DNA from: Iphione sp. A-MEVVRFRX5
Taxonomy: Eukaryota
DNA: 64,000 nt
Reading direction: 5' to 3'
Assembly: GCA_976226885.1 (NCBI GenBank)
Contig: OZ320319.1
Location: 78,864,001-78,928,000, forward strand
The position numbers were made by a program, and so were the translations under genes. Positions within the stretch are counted from its first letter, which is position 1; each line of letters begins with the position of its first letter. Shown piece after piece: positions 50,000-62,007 of the stretch. A model generated the notes under the pieces. It was not told where the DNA came from and did not search any database. It saw only the letters and a list, made by a program, of their open reading frames with translations.

Positions 50000-52200
50000 T
50001 TCTAAAATTTGCTAAGAAGCATCTTTCCCACAATGGTTTATGTACTTATCTTTAAGCTTCTGTATATTTTGTTGACAATCTGCAGCTTTTAGAAAGACTA
50101 TTCTATATGATACTTCCCCTGTATCCCCAGCTATCTCTAAATTCCTCTTCATGTACCCTGGGGAGCATTACTTGCAATCCTCTTCAACCCTTCTTATTGA
50201 CTGGGAAGCTTTTGTCTTCTGTTCACAATGCTTTGTGCACCTGTATTACATATGCCTCATCAACGGTACTGGAAACTTTTGCTTCCTCTCCCTATAGTTG
50301 TTATAATTGGCCAGTTGAGATGAATCACATCCTAGGGCAATTTAATAAATCTTTCTTATCTTTTGATTGGGTTTCCTGCACCCTGATTTACCAATGGCCA
50401 CTAAGCCATAATACAAAACTAATACCTTTACTTCTTGTACAGCAATTGATACAATTTTTTAAGCATACATTTGTTTTAAGCATATATACCTTATAGCTCA
50501 ACTTGCTGTTCATTGATGATATGTGTTGTCGGAAAGTCATCTATTTTTAACACCTAAATAATTGTATGATTTAACTTGATCTAATTGCTTGTCGCTCAGT
50601 GTTAAACCACCATACTCATCTGCTTTTATCTTCCTACCCAAAATATGAAACATATACATGTACATGTATTTCAATTTTCTTACATTCAATAATAACCTGT
50701 TTTCCTTACATCGGCCATATATGTTATTCAAGTCTCTTTGCATATTATCAAGTGTTTGATCCCAAGTTTCACCCACACTGATTATTGCTGTATCATCTGT
50801 AGTATCACAAAGCATCACAGTTCCAGAAAAGATTACATTTACTATATCGTTAGTAATCAATTGAAGCAAGATCGGACTTAGAAGATTTCCTCGCGGTACG
50901 TTATGTTTTATGGTCAGTGCTGCTGATGCTATACCGTTTGCTATTGTTCAGATACTCCCTAAAAATATTTGCCAGGTTATTCACAAAATAGTTTCTGATT
51001 TTTCACATAAAATATCATAGTCTAAAGAGTCAAACACCTTGACAAAATCAAAATATGTAGTGCAGACTTTCTTCCTTTTATTTAAGATGTTCGATATTAT
51101 TTTTGTTAGATCATCCACAGCATTGACAGTTGGCAGCCCTTTATGGAAACAATATTGCCTACTATATAAGACATCTCGCTCGATTAATTTCCTTTCAATT
51201 TGTTCTCTATCTCCTTTCCACCCTCCACTAGATTCACTTCTATTAGCCCCTCCCTCTTGTAATGGATACTTTTATTCGTTTGTCTCCAATACTGTTTTGG
51301 ATCATTGCTAGAATCCCGTAATAATAATGAATTATATTCCTTTCATCTTCCATCTTATTTTCTACAATCTTTCCTATGCTTTTTATGGGACTTCCGTGGT
51401 TCGTCCCTTCCTACCTGCTGGAATCTTAGTTCTTGGCTACATTTTTTTACACTCCTCCTATACTGATCATCAACCCAGCTAACTGTTTTGTCTGTTTGCT
51501 TCATAATTGCTTTTATAAGGGGCCAGTCTGTCTAACACCCTATGTCTCCATCCCATATTTCTACTTTCCTATCTATGTTCTGCTTGTCCCAGAATTCCTC
51601 CCGAATACTGTTTATTAACTCTCTGTTTATTAACTCTCTTATGAAAGTCGTATTATTCAATTGTCTATAGTCCCTTCTTCTCAACTTCCCTTTTTTACCT
51701 TCAACCTTCACAGTACAGCATGAGATCTCCCCTCATATATGTGCATGGTCACTCAGCACATTCATATCCACTTGCATTTCATGCCCGTAGCTAAGGGGGT
51801 ATTGGGGGTATCGTCCGATACCCTCCACAGCTATTACTGTCTATTGGCTCTTATAGGGATTGAAAAGAATAGTTCCACATCTGTGGTATTAGGGGTATTG
51901 TCCGATACCCCCCAGAAAACCTCCTGACTGCCGGCCTGCACCTGTCCTGTATCACTCACATTCGCAAACCATGCATCAATACTTGAAACTGATCTGTTGG
52001 TAATTTGCGTTGGCTCATTAATTCTATTTATCATACCATACATCAAATGCATGTCACACATGGAGATTTTCTCACAACTATTATGCGTCATGTCTATATT
52101 TAGGTCCCCTATTGAATAAATATCGATTCCGTCACCTATATTATTTAGGTGGGTGTCGATTGCTGCGACTACTTGGGCTATGTTCCCATTTGGCAACCTG
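50000..52200 (-). pseudogene. Old LINE ORF2 remnant
   Basis: IGDLNID and NEPTQIT...SIDAWF (APE, 51834-52196); VPRGNLLSPILL...TDDTAI (RT, 50537-50930). Confidence 0.7.
51782..51915 (+). mobile_element. MITE-like fragment inserted in the LINE remnant
   Basis: GCCCGTAGCTAAGGGGG start and two copies of the palindromic GGGGTAT(C/T)GTCCGATACCC unit (about 51805 and 51892); other end not found. Confidence 0.45.
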
Positions 52201-53078
52201 CAGATACATACTAGTGCAATTTGTCCAGTTCTTGCTTATTTTCGGGTCTAGGTGCAATAACTACATTTGTGGTTATTTTAATCCAGTATCATGCAGGCCA
52301 ACTTACTATGCACATACACAAGTATTCCCCCTCCCCTTTTGTTGTTCCCGCAGTCTGCTCTGACAATGCCGAACCCTTCCCAATCTATTGCTTGGTTTGG
52401 TATATTATCATGCAACCATGACTACACCAATATCACCACATCCATTTCCTCATCAAATGGCCTTTAACTTCATCATTCTTTTTGAAATAGCTGCAGATGT
52501 TCTGGTAACTTATTGTTAGTTTCCTAGTAATCTATTTCACAATGACTACAATCATAGAAGTTACATGGATTAATACAAATATTTGGATTCCTTAGTTTTA
52601 CGGTATGTGAGGTTTTAAAGTATATTGCTCCAAAATCTTAATGTTTCAGGAAAGTTAGGATGAAATATTCGTAACATATTGTAGTTTCATCAGTAATGTT
52701 TTAAAATATAATTTGGTTTCATAAGATTATTAACATAATGAATATTTGGCTTGATTACATAAGAAGTCAAGACAACAAAGTTTGTTAGGTATTAAATTTT
52801 AAATCAGAAAAACTGTGTTCAAATCCTATAGGATAATTGAGTCTTATTTTATGCAAACATTTTGTAAAGGTTATTACAGTTTTTTTCCGTAAGTTTCACT
52901 ACAATGAGCTAGACACTTTTAAAATCTTCACCATTTTACGTTGCTGTAATGTTATACAATAATGTTTCCATAACCAAAATACAATGGGCAAGGGAAAGGA
53001 GTAAGTCAGGTTTTCGCACCTTAGTTATAAGTAATGAGTTATTACAAAAACAAGTTATTTTATCATTAATATAACCAG

Positions 53079-53310
53079 GGGCCGGCTGCTGTAACACCGA
53101 ATTGATGCTCATTAACCTTAATACCGCGACTTAATACCAGTAAATTTTGAGTGCTCTCTGCTGTAACGGCTTAAACCGCAAGTTACGACCACCCAGCTGG
53201 TATTAGCCAAAGTGCGCTCTGCTGTAACCCTCGTAATACCACGCGGGACGTATTAATTGTGGATTTAACCTACTTTCCCTAAACCGTCTCCATGGGTCGG
53301 TTTAAGCGGG
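53079..53310 (+). repeat. Left TIR and subterminal motifs
   Basis: CTGCTGTAA recurs at about 53158 and 53219; TAA(T/A)ACC(G)C-type motifs at about 53119, 53132, 53171 and 53232, mirrored at the right end (about 61888 and 61972). Confidence 0.8.
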
Positions 53311-53359
53311 AGTTTTAAGCTAGTACTAGTTTGTCACTCGTATCCTCAACACGTACACC

Positions 53360-55179
53360 ATGGATCTTGCTCGTGATTTTGATTACGAAAATGTTATGGA
53401 AGCTACTCATCACCGGGAATGTGATCCAGTGGATCCTGAGAACCTTGGAATCGACGTAATGGCGGATTACGAGGAGTTGGAAGAGGAGGAGATTGAGATG
53501 AATGAGGTGAGGTGGGGGAGGCGTTTTTATGGGCAAGACTTCGTAACCCGCCGTCTAGTCGATTACCAAAACCCCCTAGAATCCTTGAAACGTGATGAAA
53601 TACGTGAGAAATACCGCTTCTACCCGCATAACATCTACAGGATCGTGGATTACGTGACGCCACGGCTTGAGCAAAGGCGCAAGCGAGGGCCGGCCCTCCC
53701 CCCCTTAATTCAGGTGGTTCTATTTCTACGTTACTTAGCTACAGGTGAGTTTTCGTATTCAATGTTAATATTCTCGTATTGATGTAGTTAGGGCTGACAG
53801 AGACACAACGTACAATGGGATGATTTTTTATTTCTGAATCTTGAAATATTTGTATTAATTGCGATATTTAGTTGTCGCTGTCGCTGTCATCCGTGCGCCA
53901 CCCTTGCGCATCCTGCTCCATCATCTTCTTCAAGTTTTCCAGTTCTTTCATGCGTGCTCTTGTGGCATCTGTGCTTATCATGGCTCGCGTTTCTTCGTCC
54001 TGTACAAATAGGAGATATATTCGTAACTATCTTCGCTGCAGTTGCAGTTGCGGCAAGTAACGTATGCATTGCTTTTCACTTACAACAACAGGGGCCATCC
54101 AGGATGTTGTGTCGGACATCGTCAGGGTGTCCAATCCCACCGTGTGTCGCACAGTCCATCGGGTTGCCATGGCCGTTACGGACACAATGAAGACTGATTA
54201 CCTGACCCCACCACGCCCGGACGAATTAAACGAGATCATGCTGGCCTTTCAGGAAAAGGCAAGGTTTCCGTTCGTAATCGGCCTGGTGGACTGTACACAC
54301 GTGCGGATCATTCGACCCAAGGGACGGCACCCTGAATACGTCGACAGGAACAATCACTACTCCATCAACGTGCAGGTTAGTAATGGCCTCTAGTGCTTAC
54401 GACCCAGCCTAGTGTTAGCTAACGTATTGGTAAACTTTCGTAAAGATTATTTCACATGCATTTTTGTTACCTGGCCGGTTACCTCGGTGACGTACTGTCT
54501 GCTTACCCACAGGCCATCTGCGACCACAAGCAGCGGATCCGTGACATCGTTGCCTGCTATCCGGGGAGCACACATGACTCCCGCATTTTCCGTGGTTGCG
54601 ATTTCACACGTGACTATCTCTTGCCCTGTAGGTACACTTAGCGTTACGAGTTGTATTATTAGTTCCACTCACTTTACACTTAGTCGTTATGTTAGTTTCA
54701 GCAAACACATGCATTCACAATTCGTATCAAAATTTGGTGGTAATCTTCTCTTTGCAGTGGTCGGTCCGGGACACCTTCTTGGAGACAGTGGCTATGCCTG
54801 CGACAGGCGCTGCCTCACACCATACCGCCGTAACCAAGTGCTTACCCCAGCCCAGAATCGTTACCAAAATGCACACACCCATACGAGGGTTCTCATCGAA
54901 GAGACCTTCGGCGTCCTCAAACGCCGCTTTGGTATGCTCCACGAGACCATGTGCTTTCGCCCTGGTCGAGTGGGGGAAATGGTTAGTGCAGCCGCCATTC
55001 TCCACAACTTCGCGGTGGAACAGCGAGATGATTTGCTTGCAAAGATACGACCGCGCCGGCGGCAGGTCCATGCACACAACCCGCCACAACTGCCGCCCCC
55101 ACCAACGTACCTAGAGGACGAGCGTGGGTTAAATGGGCTGCAATATCGAGAGACATTCGTACAGCAATATTACGGATAA
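53360..55179 (+). CDS. Harbinger (HARBI1-like) DDE transposase, 401 aa, 4 exons
   Basis: Exons 53360-53744, 54092-54375, 54513-54627, 54758-55179, all GT-AG and phase-compatible. Motifs LRYLATG, GLVDCTHV, YSINVQ, PGSTHDSRIF, LLGDSGY, IEETFGVLKRRF. Confidence 0.92.
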
Positions 55180-57111
55180 TTACGGATGGTGTCACCTCAT
55201 GTTCCGGGTAGTCGGCGATGTGGCCGGCGAGTTCGGTGGCCGTCTGCTGGAGTGCCCTCGTAACATCTGCCTGCAGCTTCATTAGGCGGGCGATGGTCTC
55301 CTGCCTGGCCAGCTTGGCAGCCTTCCTCTGGGCCTTGGCCTGTGCGGCTTTCGCTTGGGCCTCTTGCACCTCCCGACGCTCGCGCTGCTGCTCGCGTTCG
55401 AGCAGGTACTTGTAGAAGGCCTCCCTGGCCTCCTCTGCCTTACGAGCGGCCTCTTTCGTTTTCACCTCCTCGGTCGCCAGGCCGAGGCGCGTCTGGGCCA
55501 CATCCTCCCTTCGCTTATCATCTTTGGCCATATTTGTTAATCTGGCCTCGGCAGTTACCACCTCCTTGTCCAGCAACTCCTCCCGAGTTCGTACGCCCTC
55601 GTGGCAACGTCCTGTAAAGGGGTTGGAATAATAATTACGAATGGGACAATGTTATTGTAAACGGAACGCCTGCTGAAACAGAGACATTTTCACTCACAGC
55701 AATACAAGTTGTCTTCAATGGTAGAATTACAAGTACGTACTTCGTTTGGCCTGCTGCTGCTGTTGCTGGGCTGCTGGGGCTGTGGCCTCTGCCCGATTTG
55801 CCGGTGGAGCTGCAACGGCAACTCGAGCGGCTTGGGCTTGGGCGTCGGCGGCCGGTACCGGTGCTCGCAAGGCATTGTTGGCCACAGGTGGAGGTGGCGC
55901 ACGGACGGCATTCGTATTGCCGACGGGGCGGCGTGGGAGAGGTGCCGGTGGACGTGGTGCCGCTCTGCCAGCACCTGGCGCCTGGGGTTCGACCTGTGCA
56001 GGTCGAACCTGCTGCTGCCTAGGCCTCTGGCTGCCTAATGGTTGCGTAATGGCGCGGGGTCGTGGTGTGGAGGTGACCGGCCGCGGATCATTACGGGCGA
56101 TGGGTGCTGGGGCCGCACAACTGCTGGTTGATGGTCGTGGTGAGAGTGGTGGCATCGGGCGGATATGAAATTCCTCCTCATCTTCCTCCACCTCCGCTTG
56201 GTCGGCCCCTTGGCTGTCCGGCACGACCTCGACCTCCCCCACAGGCCGTCTGAGTGCGGCCAAGAGTGAGCTGCTTGGCCCTGGCAGCGGCCGCTTCTGA
56301 GCCTTCATGTGCGACGGCCTCACGGGATCTGTTGGTGTGCCCGTAATTATGTCCACTTGCGAGTCGAGGGAAGCCTGCGTCAGCTGCAGCTGCTCCGATA
56401 CCGTGTCAGGTACGAATATATCGTAATCCTCCACGGCGGGGAGAACATCCTGCAAGTCCGCCAGGTCCTCATCCTCCTCCGAATCATCCTCGTTATCCAC
56501 CTCGCGCTCATCAGGCTCGCCTTCCTCCAAGTCATCCACTTCGTCCTGGCCATCGTCGTAAGGCACCGGCTCCAGACCGCCGGAACAGGCAGCAACGTTC
56601 CGGTTTGCCAGGGCCTGCGAGCCCGGGCTGCGTTCGCCAACTGCAATATAATCAAGTAGTAGGGAATACATTACGAATGTCAGCAGTCAGGTCTTATAGT
56701 CTCGTCTGCAAGTGTTACATGGGGACCCCAATGCGCGCGGTCGATATACGAAATATACAGCCTCACCACTAGCGCATTCCAGAGGCCAACGATGCGTGAG
56801 AGATGCTAGGCGGCGGGCCCGATCCCTCAGGTCGATGTGGACATCCAGTTCCATGTCGTCGATCGACACGGGCTCCACCCTGGCGCGGCGAAAAGCGATG
56901 GAAGCCTGTCCTGCCCATATGCCGACTTCAGCTAAAAGCGACGGTCGGCACGGAATTACGAAATTGGATAGACTTAGAGAACTGCATCTGAATTACAAGC
57001 TATTTACCGTACCATATCTGTGTACTTACTACGAAATATCAGCCTTATAGCACCGACAATGGGCTCCTCATGCTGCCGATTGATGTCACCCACACGTCCG
57101 CCTCCTGCCAT
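54983..57111 (-). CDS. Harbinger third gene (gene B), unknown 591-aa protein, 4 exons
   Basis: Exons 57111-57030, 56931-56767, 56640-55741, 55611-54983, all phase-1 GT-AG junctions with an open frame. N-terminal 80 aa or so look globular, then acidic and Pro/Ala-rich regions, then a C-terminal coiled coil. Confidence 0.7.
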
Positions 57112-57119
57112 TTTGTCGT

Positions 57120-57197
57120 AATGAATACCTGTCACACTGGCGACGTGGTTTTTTTATAGGCACTGATAAGGATTGGCGCAGGTGCTAATGCGCCAAT
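57120..57197 (-). promoter_or_regulatory. Putative promoter of gene B
   Basis: CCAAT boxes (57172-57176, 57193-57197), TATAAAA (57158-57152), TCATT (57124-57120), then AAAATGG; lies just downstream of the gene A poly(A) signal (57393-57388). Confidence 0.65.
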
Positions 57198-57492
57198 CAG
57201 AAAGGATCTCGTACCATGTTACTTAGCTAACGTTGTGTCGCATTCACCGTACTGTACTTACATTCATTAACCGAGATGTACAATTATCAGATTCGTAATT
57301 ATTAAACTGCCAATTGTTGAAATATGCTGTCTTGAGTATAGTTCATCTGCTGGAATAAAGATAACGCAGCACGTTTACAAGTATTTTTTTATTGTACTAT
57401 TTAAATATTAAATAAATTTGGGTGCACGGCACCCGAATCACAGACACTTGTAATTGAACGTCCTTCAAGCGTAAGGGCTTGCTGCCTTGCTC

Positions 57493-60400
57493 TTAACGGG
57501 GCCGCACCCGTTCCAAGAGGGCCATGAGTTGCAGGAACTCATCCTGCGTTATCTGGCCCTCCAGCACCAGCAGGTGACCCACGTAGATACGGAGGGCCTC
57601 CTCTTCCGCCCGGCGGTAGCGCGGAATCGCACGGCGAGTGCGAGCGGCTGGGCGGGGCTGTGGCAGGGCCAGAGCCACCTCAGGATTACGGATGGGGGAG
57701 AGGGGTACGGGGAAGGAGGAAGGCATACGAGGGGGGGACGCGACAGGGGATGAAGTAGCCACAGGTGGAGACAGACGGGCGACAACAGGAGGAGACGACG
57801 GGGTTACAGGTGTTTGGACAAGAGACACAGGGGCGACATTGGTCGGGGCGACAGACACATTGACACGTTCAGGGGAGACAGACTGTGAGTACGATACGAT
57901 AGGGTGGGGGGGAGACACAGACGAGACGGAAGTGGAATATGCCACGATTGGGTCGGGGACAGACACAGGTGAGAGGGAAGGGGAATACGCCACGATTGGG
58001 TCGGGGACAGACACAGGTGAGAGGGAAGGGGAATATGAAACAAGGTGACAGGTGGACGCCACAACAGGGACAGGAGGGGTGGGGGTTACAACAGTACGAG
58101 GCGGGGGTGGCGCGGGTCCGACGGGTGCCGCCTCTTCTTCACGATCCACCTCGTAATGCGGCGCGTGCTCCCCGCCGTCTGGCAAGGCTGCAGCCCCATC
58201 CTCCGCCTCTGTATTGGACGGCTGCTCATCAGCTGGTCCTCGGTCTTCAGGGCCGCCCCGGTCCAGCGGCCACCGCTGGTCCACCGCTGCCACCAGTCCC
58301 CCGTTGGCATTACGGAGAAGCACCAAGGCTTCCACCGTGGAGACTGGGGCAGCGGCGTCGACCTCCTCGCGCAGCATATGGACCTCCTCCACACCGATCC
58401 ACTGACCTGCCGGGGCTAGGAAATGGAAAGAAGAGACATGTTCAATTTATAGTCGCTAATTCCTCGTAACCGTTTATGTAGTCAGTGTCAATTCATCGTA
58501 ACAGATACTGTTCAACTCAAGGAAGAATAAAGCAACATAGCCTACTCTCTGGACATGCGTACGTGAACGCCGGCGAGGGTTATACTCGTTTATATAGTCA
58601 TTGCCAATTCATCTTAACCGATACATGTTAAAGTCAAGCAATAATAATACAACAGATCCTACTCACTGGCCATGCGTACGTGGACGCGGGCGATGGTGGG
58701 GACTTGGTCTGGAGGCACCTGTGGGGCATCGCCCTCCTCTTCCCTCAGCGCCTCGTAATCCTCCTCCTGTCCCCCACCTGGCTCCTGTGGAGTGTCGTCC
58801 GCCTCCTGCGGCACCTCTTCCGCCGGCGCCACGATCACCTCCTCCGCGGACGCCTCGTGGTGTTCCGGCTGTTCTTGGTCAACTTCGACCTCCTGCCCCT
58901 CGTAAGTCGCTTCGACCTCCTCCTCCTCCTCCTCCTCCTCCTCCTGGGCGCGCGCCGCCGCCTGGTCGCGCAACTCCTGTCGGCGTCGCGCGGCCGCCTC
59001 ACGCCTACGGGCATTGCGTGCTGCACGCCGCTGGGCCCGTAGGAACTCACGCTGGGCCCGGCGTTGTTCCGCGAAAGGGTTCCCTGTGAAAGACACACGT
59101 AATGTCGTGGGTGAGCATGTCAACATACGGTCATATTAAAATTTACGAGCAGTATTTAGTAGTATGGCTGTAAGTCGTACCCAAACGCCAAAGCCATTCA
59201 CTATTGTCGCAATGAGACGTACTCATACTCATGTCCTAGCATGGGGCATTAGTTTATTGGCAGTTTTACACAGGAGGTATGTCGGCCACTTAGCAATTGA
59301 ATAGATACGATATAATTCAGCCTCTACTTACGATAACGCTGGACCCTCGCACGCTCTCTGGCGAGGAAGAGATCCCCGAATTGGGCCTTCATGGCCTCCC
59401 GCCACTTGTAGGCGGACTTGCCACTGGGGGTTCGCTGGGCGTCTGGTCCTTTGTTTGGCCGTCTGAAGGGGAAGAAATTACAAGGCAATTAAAACCAACG
59501 GAATGAGCATGCGACCTACTTGGTTGGAATCGTAAATTGTCGGCACTCTGTTTCATTTACAAAATATGACACCGGTAATAATAAACGTAATGACATTGAA
59601 GAATAGATGTGTACTCACGGCATGGTGTCTGAGAAGAAAGTGGCAGGGGGGCCTGCTGCTGGATCCATCGCTTGTCAATCAAAATCACATGCTACATTCC
59701 AGCGGTTTCACGCCACCGTCGGTAAGGCGCATAGCGCACGGTTACCATGACGACCTTAACTACCCAATGCCGCTACGGCCGTCAGATGTGATTGTTTCGT
59801 GGTAAACACTTAACGGTTCGCGACCGCAGATCTCAACGAGCCCCCATTCCCAGGGTCCGGGAAAAAGCATGTAAGACTTGCAGACATGAATGCGTAAAGA
59901 TACAAGTAAGAACATACATTTTCTTGTGGCTTGTGTAATATTTACCGAAACAAAGGGCCATTGGAAAGGCTATAACAATTACAGATCTCGTAAAAGTTCC
60001 CGCGCTTAGCAATATCATTATACTCTATCGAATGTGTAACATTAATACTCACTGAAGCCTGGGGCACCTGGTCCCTGGAAGGGCATGGCGGCATCGGGCT
60101 CGTATTCCCGGAAAAAGGCAACATCTTCATGGACCGGTTGGGCTGGCCCTCCACCAGTACGGATGCGCGAGCTTTTCTCAGCTTTGTCTGCAGAAGACAA
60201 TAGGCCATGCTTACGAAATATTATCCCAGTGAGGTGACAGAAACAGACCATCAGGTAGAGCACAGTGGCCCGCAAAAATTGAAATTGTAATGCTGTAACC
60301 CTAAACCAACCTCGGGTACGGACACTTTTCATACGAGCCACTATTTCAGCCCTCTTGCGTGGAAACGATGCCCGGCTGGAATCAAAGGCAAAAAATATTA

Positions 60401-61677
60401 ATGTCAGCACAGTTGCAATACGTACACAGATCAAATCGCTTTCACTTGCCAGTGGCTGGTTCCCCACTGGGCTGGTCGTTACACGGCATGACACACACAT
60501 TTGGTCAATTAGGCAGGGAAGATCCGCGGAAAGATTACGAAAAGCATTTAACTAGTCACTTGCCATTCCGACAGACCCCCGACTGGGCTTTCAGACCATC
60601 TGGCTGTCAAGCGCCCGTAGCTGTCGGGGTGGCATTCAATTAATCGGACGTTACAAGCAGCAGGAGATTTTTTTACTACCATATTGGTGCTGGTGGGATA
60701 CGCGTACTGGCAGAAAACACATGGCCATGAGAGCTCGTAAATGCCACCGTCCCCCAGCAATTCACAGTGAAAGTTATTAGAACACCTTGGGAGAAAGCAC
60801 AACATGGCACGCATACGAATAATTTGTCACTACCATGCTGGTGCATACGCGGACTGGCAGGAAACACATGGCCATGGTAGCTCGTAAATGACGCCTTCCC
60901 CCCCCCCCAAATGAGACCGGGTAAAAGTGATTAAAACACCTTGGCCCAATGACATGGCTCACGTGACACGCATACGAATACGAAACACAGAGTAGTTGGT
61001 AATGGTCATAAGAAAACATAAAAAGTAATACCCCACAAAAAAATCACCCTCGGAAATGCTCGTAACTGCACCGTAGCCAGCCAATGACACCCATTGAAGT
61101 CATTATAACACTTTGGCAGACAGAACAATAGCATGCATGTGACAAGGAAAAAATTGACAAGGATACCAATATGCTGCAATGAATTCTAGTTATTCTTATA
61201 ACAATTTGACCGACCCCTCCCTAAAAATTTGTCCGCCCATAACGGAATTATAACGAAATACTGCACAAATAGATTACCCTCCAGTTAAGGCGATTCTGCG
61301 GGCCCTGAACACCCAAAAGAAAATTACGAATACCAGCCAAAATTTTTTTAAAAGTGTCCACATATTGTTGTTAAATTACGAGCGTATCACACTTACCTAT
61401 TGAACTCCTCTACGAGCTTCACCCAAGCCTCTTCTCGGCGGCCCTTTGCACCAGGGCCCTCAAAAGCGAGGGCGTTCTGCAATTTGTATTTGTAATGCAG
61501 CTCGATCTGTAGGCAGCTGTCCGCCATGGTCCAGTTTTCTTTCCGCTGCACCACTTTCTTCTCTTTTCCTTGTCCATCTTCAGCAGCTGCAGGTCGCCCG
61601 CGCTTGGGAGTAGTTCTCCTCGTACTCTTTACGGGCGTCGTTCCTCGCTTGGAACCACGGCGACCTCCTCTAGGCAT
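57493..61677 (-). CDS. Harbinger Myb/SANT-like (trihelix/MADF-type) DNA-binding protein (gene A), 653 or 667 aa, 7 exons
   Basis: Exons 61677-61397, 60375-60311, 60187-60053, 59628 (or 59670)-59619, 59462-59332, 59083-58667, 58415-57493, all phase-compatible. RKENWT...EEAWVKLVEEFN...RIRTGGGP is the Harbinger Myb-partner signature. Confidence 0.8.
57880..58035 (-). repeat. 48-bp coding tandem repeat in gene A (YSPSLSPVSVPDPIVA)
   Basis: Two near-identical and about two degenerate 16-codon units. Confidence 0.85.
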
Positions 61678-61763
61678 GGTGTTGAGGATGACGTTACGAG
61701 AATTACGAACGGAGTTTGCTGGATACCTGAGCGGCAGTGTGTCGAGCTGCTCAGAGTTGCCCC

Positions 61764-61854
61764 TTTATATACTACTAGGTACACGTGGAGCCAACACGTG
61801 TGTTTGTTTACGGCGGAAGCCAAAATACGCGCGAAAATTACGAATTCCACCAAT
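61764..61854 (-). promoter_or_regulatory. Putative promoter of gene A
   Basis: TATATAAA (61771-61764), CACGTG (about 61781 and 61795), CCAAT (61850); ATG in CACCATG context. Confidence 0.55.
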
Positions 61855-62007
61855 CAGCGGACACGGGACACTCACTCGTAATCGCGGCGGTATTAGCGGT
61901 TCGAGGTCAAAAGATTTAGCGCTTAAGCCGTCGTAAGAAAAATGGGTCATCCTTAATACGGTTCAAGGGAAGCGGTTTAAGATATGCATTACAGCAGCCG
62001 GCCCCAG

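Larger units (their letters stand above)
53079..62004. mobile_element. PIF/Harbinger DNA transposon, 8926 bp, three genes
   Basis: Perfect 16-bp TIRs GGGCCGGCTGCTGTAA (53079-53094, 61989-62004); CAG TSD (53076-53078, 62005-62007); the empty site rejoins a minus-strand LINE RT frame (GILQGSTLGLLLFSLFIKDLP|GYIND). Confidence 0.95.

Noticed and set aside
60700-61000. About 150-bp imperfect duplication in gene A intron 1
   Set aside because: Real but looks like an ordinary local duplication; its only notable content (TCGTAA) is covered by the motif finding.
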